Virus record (IMG/VR): IMGVR_UViG_2706795094_000001
Span: 4,017-68,016 of that record
Reading direction: 5' to 3' (one strand)
Length of the DNA stretch: 64,000 bases
DNA from: a virus
Taxonomy: Duplodnaviria > Caudoviricetes
Below, in pieces: positions 56,960-64,000 of this stretch (within the stretch, counting starts at the first letter, position 1; each line of letters opens with the position of its first letter). The translations under genes and the position numbers were made by a program. Under the pieces are notes generated by a model. That model had not been told where the DNA came from, searched no databases, and saw nothing but the letters and a program-made list of their open reading frames with translations.

Positions 56960-57103
56960 TTAGGCGAAGTAGGCGTCAATCTCGGCGTTGAGGTCATCGA
57001 GGGTGTGGATGCCGTCGGCGGCGAGCTCGGCCTCAAGGCGGCGGCGGTTCTCGATGGCGGCGGCGCGGGCGTTGCGGGCGACGAAATCGTTGAGGTGGGC
57101 CAT
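56960..57103 (-). CDS. Small protein (47 aa, MAHLNDFVARNARAAAIENRRRLEAEL...), not in ORF track
   Basis: Translated by hand; sits between cassette RBS and terminator. Confidence 0.8.
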   Translation of the reverse strand: MAHLNDFVARNARAAAIENRRRLEAELAADGIHTLDDLNAEIDAYFA

Positions 57104-57183
57104 TTCGATCTTCTCTCTGTAGTTGTTTGGCGGGTCTCCCGCCTGACAAGAACTAACTTACCCGCCTATGTCGGTATTGTCAA
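57104..57183 (-). promoter_or_regulatory. Promoter-hairpin-RBS cassette 6
   Basis: Near-identical to 56424-56507. Confidence 0.85.
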
Positions 57184-57421
57184 GTCCTGGCAACTCAACA
57201 TCGACAATCGTGACGTGACCAGCGGAAACGCACTGCTTGCGGATGAGTGCCTGCTGCCGGTTGATCGTGTCGCGCCACTCTTGGAAGCGGGCAGCTCGCG
57301 CGTCACGGACACCCTCGACCGTGTCGTCACGGGCGGCCCCGCTGGCAATCTTGATCGACGGGGTGATCCGGTAGTCGAGCCATTTATCTGAGGCGGCCTG
57401 ACACGCCGCGCACAGCTTCAC
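57158..57421 (-). CDS. Hypothetical protein (87 aa)
   Basis: GTGA overlap; CAAC motif. Confidence 0.6.
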   Translation of the reverse strand: MKLCAACQAASDKWLDYRITPSIKIASGAARDDTVEGVRDARAARFQEWRDTINRQQALIRKQCVSAGHVTIVDVELPGLDNTDIGG

Positions 57422-57579
57422 CGCTCGCCCCTGAGATCCGCCTCGTCCTCGGGGTGGCGGTTGTCGCGCGCACGGCGTCGGTCGATGTGGGCCAGCAGCA
57501 CCCGCGTGAGCGGGTACAGGGCACCGGCGACGCTGCCGACGAGTGCCACGGTGCCGACATCGGCGAGGTCGGGCCACAT
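57418..57579 (-). CDS. Small 1-TM protein (53 aa)
   Basis: TAATG overlap. Confidence 0.6.
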   Translation of the reverse strand: MWPDLADVGTVALVGSVAGALYPLTRVLLAHIDRRRARDNRHPEDEADLRGER

Positions 57580-57809
57580 TAGGGCACCGCCTCGAAAATG
57601 ACGTTGACCTTCGCGCCCGGCGACAACGTGCGCACGTACGGCACCCCGTCGTGGGTGTGCCCGGCAAGGTAGGTCATGCCGTCGACATCGGTACCGCACC
57701 ACTCGACCACGAGGTAGGCGCGGTGGCGGTGCGGGATATCGACCCACTCGCCCACGGTCACGGTGTCGGCGCGGCGGCTCACCCCGCTCACGCTGCTCAG
57801 ATCACCCAT
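57579..57809 (-). CDS. Hypothetical protein (76 aa)
   Basis: GAGG RBS, overlapping operon. Confidence 0.65.
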   Translation of the reverse strand: MGDLSSVSGVSRRADTVTVGEWVDIPHRHRAYLVVEWCGTDVDGMTYLAGHTHDGVPYVRTLSPGAKVNVIFEAVP

Positions 57810-58188
57810 TGGTCACCTCGACCGTTCGGCGCTTCCTGAGTTCTTCTACGCGTTGCAGTGCCCGCGTAGCGGCGGCCTCGGCCTCGGCGATCTCGGCGTT
57901 GAGGGCGTCCTGTTCGGCGGCGATCACCGCGCACACGAGCTCGTCGGTGTCGCTGAACATCCGCTCATCGAGCTCGATCTCGACGCGGATGAGCGTTCTC
58001 GGCTGCCCGCTGTAGTTGGTGGTCGGCCCGCAGAAGTCCCGCTCGTAGCGTTCTCCCTTACGGTCGACGGTGCGCAGCACCTCGACCTCGACGTGGTCGA
58101 CGGCATGATCGTTGATGTGCTCGTGGAGCACCGAGGCGACGAGCATGCGCACGTTCTGGTCTCGGGCGGTGTGGTTGTTGAATTTCAT
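57802..58188 (-). CDS. Hypothetical protein with C-terminal coiled coil (128 aa)
   Basis: GAGG RBS before ATG 58188. Confidence 0.7.
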   Translation of the reverse strand: MKFNNHTARDQNVRMLVASVLHEHINDHAVDHVEVEVLRTVDRKGERYERDFCGPTTNYSGQPRTLIRVEIELDERMFSDTDELVCAVIAAEQDALNAEIAEAEAAATRALQRVEELRKRRTVEVTNG

Positions 58189-58231
58189 GGTCGCTAAATT
58201 ACCCTCACTTGTCGGGGAACACAACGGTGTT

Positions 58232-58534
58232 TCAGGCAGCTCGCCGCTTGGCCGCGAGAATGGCCGCCGTCCGGCGCTGGCCTTGGCGGCACGAGCACAG
58301 CAGGCAGTGCGGGGCGATGTTGTCGCGCGTGTAGCGCCCGCCGTCCTCGCCGGGCACGATCCGGTCGGCTATGAGGTCTTCAAACTCACACAGCACTCCG
58401 CATTCCCAGCACGGCACGGTCTCGCCGTCACCACCCCACGCGGCCTCGGGCGAGAGCAGCCACAGCTTGCGGGCGCGGCGCGCGTAGCTCGATCCTCGCT
58501 CGGCGCTATTGCACCGGCCATTGGTGCTGCTCAT
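58232..58534 (-). CDS. HNH-like protein with degenerate motif (100 aa)
   Basis: CWECG...DRIVPGEDGGRYTRDNIAPHCLLC. Confidence 0.7.
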   Translation of the reverse strand: MSSTNGRCNSAERGSSYARRARKLWLLSPEAAWGGDGETVPCWECGVLCEFEDLIADRIVPGEDGGRYTRDNIAPHCLLCSCRQGQRRTAAILAAKRRAA

Positions 58535-58641
58535 GCGATCTGTCGGCGGCAGCGGGCGCAGACCTCGACGTGGCGGCCAGCGCGGGTGATGACGACGGTG
58601 GTGATGTGTGGGCACTTGCCCGGCGCGATAGGTCGGCTCAT
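58531..58641 (-). CDS. Small Cys protein (36 aa)
   Basis: ATGA overlaps at both ends. Confidence 0.55.
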   Translation of the reverse strand: MSRPIAPGKCPHITTVVITRAGRHVEVCARCRRQIA

Positions 58642-58817
58642 GCGAATCTCACCACCACAACGGCATCGGTGTTGTCGATGTCGAGTGAGGCCACCGGTGA
58701 CTCGATGTCAACGACGGGACACTGACCGTAGTCCCCGCCGAGCCACACATCGATCTCAGCGTCGGGGTATTGCTCGGCGAGCGCGGTGAGCTTGGCGGCG
58801 GCGTCGGAGAGTTTCAT
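58638..58817 (-). CDS. Hypothetical protein (59 aa, MKLSDAAAKL...)
   Basis: GAGGGGA RBS; translated by hand. Confidence 0.65.
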   Translation of the reverse strand: MKLSDAAAKLTALAEQYPDAEIDVWLGGDYGQCPVVDIESPVASLDIDNTDAVVVVRFA

Positions 58818-58829
58818 TGGTCGGTCCCC

Positions 58830-59090
58830 TCAGTCGATGTGGTCGAGCTCGTGTGGATAGAAGACCCATTGCGGGTCAACGCGGTCTACGCAGATCGCCG
58901 GTGACACCGGCCCGTCGACCCGGCCCACGATCTCGACCGTGATCAACGTGGCGCTGTCGTGTGGGGCCGGATCGATCTCGACCACCTTGCCGTAGTGCCC
59001 GGCCATCGGGCCGAACTCGGCGGATACCGGATCGTCGTAGCCGTTTTCGGGCCGGACGATCACGCGGTGCCCTACGGCAAAGCAGCTCAT
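58830..59090 (-). CDS. SH3/KOW-like protein (86 aa)
   Basis: FAVGHRVIV...GKVVEI...FYPHEL. Confidence 0.65.
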   Translation of the reverse strand: MSCFAVGHRVIVRPENGYDDPVSAEFGPMAGHYGKVVEIDPAPHDSATLITVEIVGRVDGPVSPAICVDRVDPQWVFYPHELDHID

Positions 59091-59284
59091 CCGATCACCC
59101 TCGGTGAGTTGTCGCGGCACCCGATACAGATTGGGACACCGCCCTTGGTGATTCTCATGTCGGTCTGTCGGCGCAAGGTCTGGCAGCTCGGGCAGTACCG
59201 AGCTTCCCCGTTGCGGATCTGCTTGAGCCCGGCCCGAGGGACCGGCCTGAGCCGGTCCTTGCGGGCTTTCTCGGGCGCGGTCAT
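59087..59284 (-). CDS. Zn-finger small protein (65 aa)
   Basis: CPSC...CIGC. Confidence 0.65.
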   Translation of the reverse strand: MTAPEKARKDRLRPVPRAGLKQIRNGEARYCPSCQTLRRQTDMRITKGGVPICIGCRDNSPRVIG

Positions 59285-59532
59285 CGCACCACGGGGCCAA
59301 GCTGGCGGCCCGAGCCAGTGCAGACACCGTGCCCGTAGGCGCGGTGCGCGGGCACGATCCAGAACTCACGCCACCGGCCCGTCAGCGTGCCTACGGCGGT
59401 GTTGTCGGGGAACGTGCCGACGATCGGCGTGACCTCGTGCCCGCACTGGGCACAATCGACCGGGGTGCCGCGCAGCGCCACTCCCGGCGCGGTGGCGATC
59501 ACCATGGTCCACCGCCGATGGCCTTGGCCCAT
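59281..59532 (-). CDS. Hypothetical protein (up to 83 aa)
   Basis: CAQCGH...H...C. Confidence 0.6.
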   Translation of the reverse strand: MGQGHRRWTMVIATAPGVALRGTPVDCAQCGHEVTPIVGTFPDNTAVGTLTGRWREFWIVPAHRAYGHGVCTGSGRQLGPVVR

Positions 59533-59684
59533 ACGCTGCCCACTCGCACGGGCGGCTCGACCTCGGGCGCGCGGTGGCGGCCCTCGTAGTTCGGTGTCGG
59601 TTGCTTGGCGATGAGCAGGGCACGGGCGTGCCGTCCGGCGCTCATCACCGCGACGAGGTCCGGCACGAGGTTGGTCGCGCTCAT
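59499..59684 (-). CDS. Hypothetical protein (61 aa)
   Basis: ATGA overlap; YEGRHRA motif. Confidence 0.6.
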   Translation of the reverse strand: MSATNLVPDLVAVMSAGRHARALLIAKQPTPNYEGRHRAPEVEPPVRVGSVWAKAIGGGPW

Positions 59685-59902
59685 CGCAGGGCCGCCGGTC
59701 CGTGCTCGTGGCAGCGCAGCCGCCCGTTGTCCTCGCAGTCGAGGCACGTGGGCGGGGCCTGCTTGGCCTGCTCGATCTCGATGAGCGTGTCGAGCTTGCG
59801 GTTGGTCTCGCGTAGCAGCGAGACCATCGTGACCATCGCGTCCTTGAACTCGCCGACGGTCTTGGCCACGTCGAGGCCGCCGAGGTTTGGCATCAGTCCC
59901 AT
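59681..59902 (-). CDS. Hypothetical protein (73 aa)
   Basis: AGGAAG RBS; coiled coil plus CLDC. Confidence 0.65.
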   Translation of the reverse strand: MGLMPNLGGLDVAKTVGEFKDAMVTMVSLLRETNRKLDTLIEIEQAKQAPPTCLDCEDNGRLRCHEHGPAALR

Positions 59903-60021
59903 GGTGTGCTTCCTATCAGGGTGGGGTGAAATGTGTTGGGGTGGCGGGGATTCAGTGAACCTTGACCGGCTGTCTGCTCAACCGGGGACGCGGCCCGCCA
60001 TCGCGTTGCTCGCGGGACCGC

Positions 60022-60324
60022 TCAGGTCCAGAATCGCCCGTCCCAGTAGGTGACCGACACGGTCTCGCCGGGGTTCAGGTACGGCAGCATGGCGACGATG
60101 TCGCGCTGCGGGGTGGGCTCGAGGCGCTCGACCGGCGTCGACGGTGCGAGGGACATCGTTGTGGTCCCGTGGGTGGTCACCTTGGTGGCGGCAATCTCGA
60201 TGTAGTGGTCTTGGTAGTGCACCTTGCGGGCGCTGTCGACCTGATAGGTCGTGCGACCGGTGAGGGTGCGGATACGGAAGAGGTCGCCGGTCTCAAGCTG
60301 GGAGGCGGTGACGATCTCGCTCAT
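60022..60324 (-). CDS. Hypothetical protein (100 aa)
   Basis: CA-rich leader and RBS; SQLETGD SH3-like start. Confidence 0.75.
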   Translation of the reverse strand: MSEIVTASQLETGDLFRIRTLTGRTTYQVDSARKVHYQDHYIEIAATKVTTHGTTTMSLAPSTPVERLEPTPQRDIVAMLPYLNPGETVSVTYWDGRFWT

Positions 60325-60353
60325 GGTTGTCCTGCTTTCGTGGTTGTTGGTGG

Positions 60354-60551
60354 TCAGGTCAGTGAGCCGCTGCGGTAGGCCCGCAGGATGGACAGTGCGG
60401 TGTCGATGTCCTTGTAGGCGGCGAGCTCGGCAAGCTCGCGGATCTGGCTGTGGTCGGTGTCATGCCCGTTGAACGCGGCGGCGCACATGGACGCGTGAGG
60501 CAGGGTGTGGTCCTCGGAGGTGAGGCAGTCGCACGCGGGGGAGATAGGCAT
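60354..60551 (-). CDS. Hypothetical protein (65 aa)
   Basis: Cassette-driven. Confidence 0.75.
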   Translation of the reverse strand: MPISPACDCLTSEDHTLPHASMCAAAFNGHDTDHSQIRELAELAAYKDIDTALSILRAYRSGSLT

Positions 60552-60622
60552 TTCGATCCTTTCTCGGCGGGTCGATCCCGCCTGACAAGAGATAACTTAC
60601 CCGACTAGTGCGGGTAAGTCAA
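60552..60622 (-). promoter_or_regulatory. Promoter-hairpin-RBS cassette 7
   Basis: TTGACT-17-TAAGTT; perfect ACTTACCCG-N7-CGGGTAAGT. Confidence 0.85.
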
Positions 60623-60894
60623 CACCTTAACGTCGAGTCGTGCCGAGCACGCAGAGCTGCCCGGCGCTCACGTCGACGCAGCGCTCGCCGAGGGACCGGC
60701 GAGGCGGCGACGGGAAACCACCCGAGCAGGATGCCGACCTCGTCATGACGTTCCTCGTAGCGCAGCACAAAGTGCTTGAGGCCCCACATCGTGGTGCGCG
60801 CACCGACGACCTTGACATCGCCGGGCATCACCGTGTAGGCCCACGGGCGGTGCCGTCCGCTGCCCACGGTGCCGCGCAATGGCCGCCCGCTCAT
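60619..60894 (-). CDS. Hypothetical protein (91 aa)
   Basis: ATGA overlap. Confidence 0.55.
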   Translation of the reverse strand: MSGRPLRGTVGSGRHRPWAYTVMPGDVKVVGARTTMWGLKHFVLRYEERHDEVGILLGWFPVAASPVPRRALRRRERRAALRARHDSTLRC

Positions 60895-61136
60895 CGCTGC
60901 GCGGCTCTCTTGTCGGCCTCGGCCCGTCGACGGTAGTAGTCGGCGATCTGCCGGGTGAGGTCATGGAGCGCTGGGGTGATGGCGTCGGCGGCGCGCATGT
61001 TGCCGGACGCGTAGAGGATTTCGCGCGCGGTGGCCAGGGTCTCGCGCGCCTTGGACGCTTTCGCTACTCCGGTCGGGCTCGTGATGGTCTGATTGACGTT
61101 GATGACTCGGCTCTGAACTACTGCCTTGGTGCCCAC
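60891..61136 (-). CDS. Hypothetical protein (81 aa)
   Basis: CA-rich leader and RBS before GTG. Confidence 0.7.
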   Translation of the reverse strand: MGTKAVVQSRVINVNQTITSPTGVAKASKARETLATAREILYASGNMRAADAITPALHDLTRQIADYYRRRAEADKRAAQR

Positions 61137-61174
61137 GGTTGTTCCTGCTTTCGTGGTTGTTGGTGGCGGGGTGA

Positions 61175-61531
61175 CTAGGAGATCCGGTTGACGTGCGACC
61201 AGTCGAGGTGCGTCGGCTCGGGGAGGTGGTCGTACTGCACGACGGCGACCTCGGCATCGGTGGTGTTGAGCAGATCGGCGGTGAAACCGTCCTTGTCCTC
61301 GATGCGGACCGGCGAGTTGTCAATGATCTTGAACGTGCCAGCGACACCGCCCTTGTTCGGCGAGGTGCGGTAGTACCAGACACCGGAGATCGTGTCCTCG
61401 TCGCGACGTTCCTGCGTGGCAGTGAGGTTGTTGACCGCCGCGATCTGTCCGATGCGCGCGGTGGCGTCGGCTTGGGTCTCGTGCTGAGTGACGACGGTGC
61501 GGCCATTGAGGCGAGCGACGAACTTGAACAT
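61175..61531 (-). CDS. Hypothetical protein (118 aa)
   Basis: Cassette-driven; AAAGGA RBS. Confidence 0.78.
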   Translation of the reverse strand: MFKFVARLNGRTVVTQHETQADATARIGQIAAVNNLTATQERRDEDTISGVWYYRTSPNKGGVAGTFKIIDNSPVRIEDKDGFTADLLNTTDAEVAVVQYDHLPEPTHLDWSHVNRIS

Positions 61532-61607
61532 GTCGGTTGTTCCTTTCTCGGCGGGACCGTCCCGCCCTGACAAGAGAAAACTTACCCACCTATGTCGGGT
61601 ATGTCAA
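61532..61607 (-). promoter_or_regulatory. Promoter-hairpin-RBS cassette 8
   Basis: TTGACA-17-TAAGTT; GGCGGGA/TCCCGCC. Confidence 0.85.
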
Positions 61608-61622
61608 CCCTGCCTGTGATAC

Positions 61623-61655
61623 AGAAAACCCCGCCCGGTGAGGGGCGGGGTTTCT
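61623..61655. terminator. Intrinsic terminator
   Basis: AAACCCCGCCC / GGGCGGGGTTT. Confidence 0.85.
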
Positions 61656-61693
61656 GCGCGGTTACCAGTCGCTGTACCAGAATGCCGACTGTA

Positions 61694-62425
61694 TCAGAAA
61701 CCGGGATAGCCGGGCGCGGTGATGTCGAACTCGTCGCCGTACCGGCTGTCGCCGACAAATGGCGAGGCCGGGCGCTCGGTGCGCAGCACCTTGCCGTAGC
61801 GGCCCATGACCTCGGCAACCGGCGGCTCGACGCCGCTGGCCAGCACCGTGCGTGTCTGCGTGACCTCGGCGAGCGTGTGCCAATTGGCCTCGCCGATGAA
61901 ATCGAGCAGGCCCGCCCAATTGAACCGCCGTGTCTCGGTGCCGGTGACCGCCCACCGCACTGAGGTGCCGGTGCGCCACCCGATGGCCGCGTAGTTGTAC
62001 TCGCGACCGCTCGTGTAGCGCCGGAACGTCACGACAACGCTCACGCCGGTGTGGACCGTCGGCATTTTGGGGCGGCGCGCTTCCTCGGCAGCTCGCGCGA
62101 TCTCGGCGGCCTGCTTACGGAACGCGGCGGCGGCTTTCTCGGCCTCGGCGGCAGCGGCGAGCAGGTCGGCGGGATTGCTCGCGTCGGCCATGACAGCCTT
62201 GGGGGCCTCGTCGGACCCGTTCGGATCTTCCATGGCGGTGCTCTCTTTCTCTCGTTGGTTGTTGCGTTCCACCTCGGCGAGGCGGCGCTTGAGTTCGCGC
62301 TTGCGGGCGCGCAGATCGGACCTGACCGTGCTGATATCGGTCCACCCGTAGTAGGGCACGGCCAGTAGCGACGAGACGAGGGCCAATTGTGCCCTGACCT
62401 CGACCTCGGTGTGGGGCGCGCTCAC
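61694..62425 (-). CDS. Hypothetical protein (243 aa; internal start at 62233 gives 179 aa)
   Basis: GTGA overlap at 62425; purine-rich RBS before ATG 62233. Confidence 0.7.
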   Translation of the reverse strand: MSAPHTEVEVRAQLALVSSLLAVPYYGWTDISTVRSDLRARKRELKRRLAEVERNNQREKESTAMEDPNGSDEAPKAVMADASNPADLLAAAAEAEKAAAAFRKQAAEIARAAEEARRPKMPTVHTGVSVVVTFRRYTSGREYNYAAIGWRTGTSVRWAVTGTETRRFNWAGLLDFIGEANWHTLAEVTQTRTVLASGVEPPVAEVMGRYGKVLRTERPASPFVGDSRYGDEFDITAPGYPGF

Positions 62426-62601
62426 AGCGTCACCGCCCCGAACGCGGCCCCGATGATGCCGGTTATCGTCAGTGACAGCGTGAGCGTGGCGAACACTGCC
62501 TCACGCAATGATCCTCTCGGGGAGAAGTGCAGTGCGAAGCACGCGAGCAGTGCCAGCCCGAGCACGACGTATGCCGTGCTCGGGTCGTATGAGAGGCTCA
62601 T
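62422..62601 (-). CDS. Two-TM membrane protein (59 aa)
   Basis: ATGA overlap; translated by hand (MSLSYDPSTAYVVLGLALL...). Confidence 0.65.
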   Translation of the reverse strand: MSLSYDPSTAYVVLGLALLACFALHFSPRGSLREAVFATLTLSLTITGIIGAAFGAVTL

Positions 62602-62834
62602 GCGCGGGCCTCGCGGGCGGCGCGGCGAGCGGCCCAGTAGGCACCGTTGCGCTCGATCTCGAAATCGACCATGGCGCTCACGACCGCGTAGAGCTCGACC
62701 TCGGGGTCGTGCAGGACGTTCTCGTGATCCGAGGTGATGCCGAGGCCGGTCTTGCAGCCGTCCTCGTGATCGGTGATGTAGCCGTTGCAGTCGTAGCAGG
62801 TGAGCGGCTCAACGATGTCGGCGGGATCGAACAT
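62598..62834 (-). CDS. Hypothetical protein (78 aa)
   Basis: Cassette-driven; CYDC...H..C. Confidence 0.75.
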   Translation of the reverse strand: MFDPADIVEPLTCYDCNGYITDHEDGCKTGLGITSDHENVLHDPEVELYAVVSAMVDFEIERNGAYWAARRAAREARA

Positions 62835-62912
62835 GGTGGTGGTCCTTCCTGTTGGGGCGGGTCTGTCCCGCCTGACACCGATTAAGTTACCCGACAAGGG
62901 TGGGCTTGTCAA
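62835..62912 (-). promoter_or_regulatory. Promoter-hairpin-RBS cassette 9
   Basis: TTGACA-17-TAACTT; GGCGGG/CCCGCC; AGGAAGG. Confidence 0.85.
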
Positions 62913-63288
62913 CACCGTCGTACGGATCGATGAGCGTGAACTCGGACCGTACCCGGCACAGTGTTTTGCCGTAGGGCATACGTATCGCGTACACCACACG
63001 GTCTGCCGGTGTCTCGTCGCCGTTGAGCCGTTGCGCGAGCTGCCCGACTTTTCCGCTGTCGCGCAGCAGCAGGTGATCGCCGGGCACCACCTCGGTGTTG
63101 GGATCATCGATCCTTGCGTTGAGCGCACGCTCGCACTCGGCCTGCGCAGCGACCTTGGTCTCGTGGTGCGAGGTCTCGACACCCGGCCCCTTGGCCACCC
63201 AACCGAGGGCAGCCGCCTCGGCGCGGTGGACGCGGTAGGCACCGGCGGCGTAGGCACCGCCGGTGTGATTCTCGCGATGCCACCGCAT
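62887..63288 (-). CDS. Hypothetical protein (133 aa)
   Basis: GAGGGGG RBS before ATG 63288. Confidence 0.7.
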   Translation of the reverse strand: MRWHRENHTGGAYAAGAYRVHRAEAAALGWVAKGPGVETSHHETKVAAQAECERALNARIDDPNTEVVPGDHLLLRDSGKVGQLAQRLNGDETPADRVVYAIRMPYGKTLCRVRSEFTLIDPYDGVDKPTLVG

Positions 63289-63290
63289 GT

Positions 63291-63629
63291 TCAGACCCCC
63301 TCGGCCTTGACGCTGCTGAGCCACAGCATGCCCTCGAGCACGTCCTCGGCGGTGGCGTTGTCACGGTCGATCACCAGCACACGGTTGTGGGTGCCGTGGG
63401 TGTTGTCGTAGCTCGACCCCCACGCCGTGGTGCGGGTCAGCTTGGTCCACGAGATCTGCCCGTAGTCCGACTGCGCATCGAACATGCCGTCGAGCAGCGT
63501 GGCGTCGGTGGACTTGACATCGCGTTGCCAGGTCTGGCCTGCCACCGTGACGTAGATCGGTGCGTCATCCTCGACGGGCACGCGCTGCTGGTATTCGCCC
63601 GTCTTGAAGATCATGGTGATGGTGCTCAT
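63291..63629 (-). CDS. Hypothetical protein (112 aa)
   Basis: CA-rich leader and AGGA RBS. Confidence 0.72.
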   Translation of the reverse strand: MSTITMIFKTGEYQQRVPVEDDAPIYVTVAGQTWQRDVKSTDATLLDGMFDAQSDYGQISWTKLTRTTAWGSSYDNTHGTHNRVLVIDRDNATAEDVLEGMLWLSSVKAEGV

Positions 63630-63693
63630 CGTTTCCTGCTTTCGGTCGTGGTTGTCGGAGGTGTGCGTTGGCCGGACGCACCCCCGGTCGAGA

Positions 63694-63891
63694 TCAGCGC
63701 GAGGCCGCGTAGGCGGCGTACACCGCCCTAGCCGTTTTGCCGTGGCTGCGCGGAGTCGCTGCGTAGCACTGTCCGAACTGCTTGCCGTCGCGCCACGCGC
63801 CATAGATGACCGAGTCGGTGGTGCCGGACCCCGCCGGGCGAGCCCAGTAGGTCTTGCCGTTGGCCTCGATGATGGTGAGCTGATCGGTCAT
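63694..63891 (-). CDS. Hypothetical protein (65 aa)
   Basis: Cassette-driven. Confidence 0.75.
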   Translation of the reverse strand: MTDQLTIIEANGKTYWARPAGSGTTDSVIYGAWRDGKQFGQCYAATPRSHGKTARAVYAAYAASR

Positions 63892-63964
63892 GTCTGACCC
63901 CTTCCTCGGCGGGACGGTCCCGCCTGACATGAACTAAGTTACCCGAGTTGGGCGGGTATGTCAA
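63892..63964 (-). promoter_or_regulatory. Promoter-hairpin-RBS cassette 10
   Basis: TTGACA-17-TAACTT; GGCGGGA/TCCCGCC; GAGGAAGG. Confidence 0.85.
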
Positions 63965-64000
63965 CACCAATCTTCAAGTTCTCCATATCTGTCGGGTAAC

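Noticed and set aside
58171-58180. Ninth exact GTGGTTGTTG copy
   Set aside because: Falls inside a coding sequence (Asn-Asn-His codons), not in a leader; treated as probable coincidence
11480-63964. Cassettes as integron attC sites or IS ends
   Set aside because: No tyrosine/serine recombinase or transposase found, no target-site duplications seen, and the promoter reading explains the conserved bases
1-64000. tRNA, rRNA, integrase/attP, diversity-generating retroelement, introns or inteins
   Set aside because: No cloverleaf, recombinase, reverse transcriptase or intein motifs seen by eye; tRNAscan-SE, Infernal and HMM searches were not run

Overview
This window is almost the whole genome of a lytic, GC-rich siphovirus. 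Gene order and content match a cluster B (most likely B1) mycobacteriophage; that assignment rests on recognising the gene content, not on a database search. The left half is mostly rightward virion genes: portal, MuF/protease fusion, hexamer and pentamer capsid proteins, membrane/holin genes, major tail, adaptors, chaperone, 1991-aa tape measure and minor tail/fibre genes, followed by lysin A and lysin B. Four small leftward islands interrupt it, one carrying a DpdA-like transglycosylase. The right half has a leftward replication block (SSB-like, PD-(D/E)XK exonuclease, SF2 helicase, primase-polymerase/helicase, family A polymerase), a divergent control region, a short rightward block (RHH, TerS-like, HTH) and about 25 small leftward genes. 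I saw no integrase, tRNA, rRNA, IS element or CRISPR array. The most interesting structure is non-coding. (1) A family of about 14 leftward SigA-type promoters with a dyad operator; 10 of them carry a 5' hairpin plus RBS and resemble PeSL cassettes. (2) A CA-rich start-associated leader (CCAACAACCAC) in front of many leftward genes. (3) One copy of the complement of that leader sits in a predicted rightward, late small RNA after lysin B, which suggests a multi-target antisense switch. (4) Many leaderless late genes. Coding oddities include a probable ATT start, a displaced second tail chaperone with a candidate -1 frameshift, and apparent avoidance of CTGCAG. Start codons were refined by eye from RBS and overlap logic, and all functions are motif-based.
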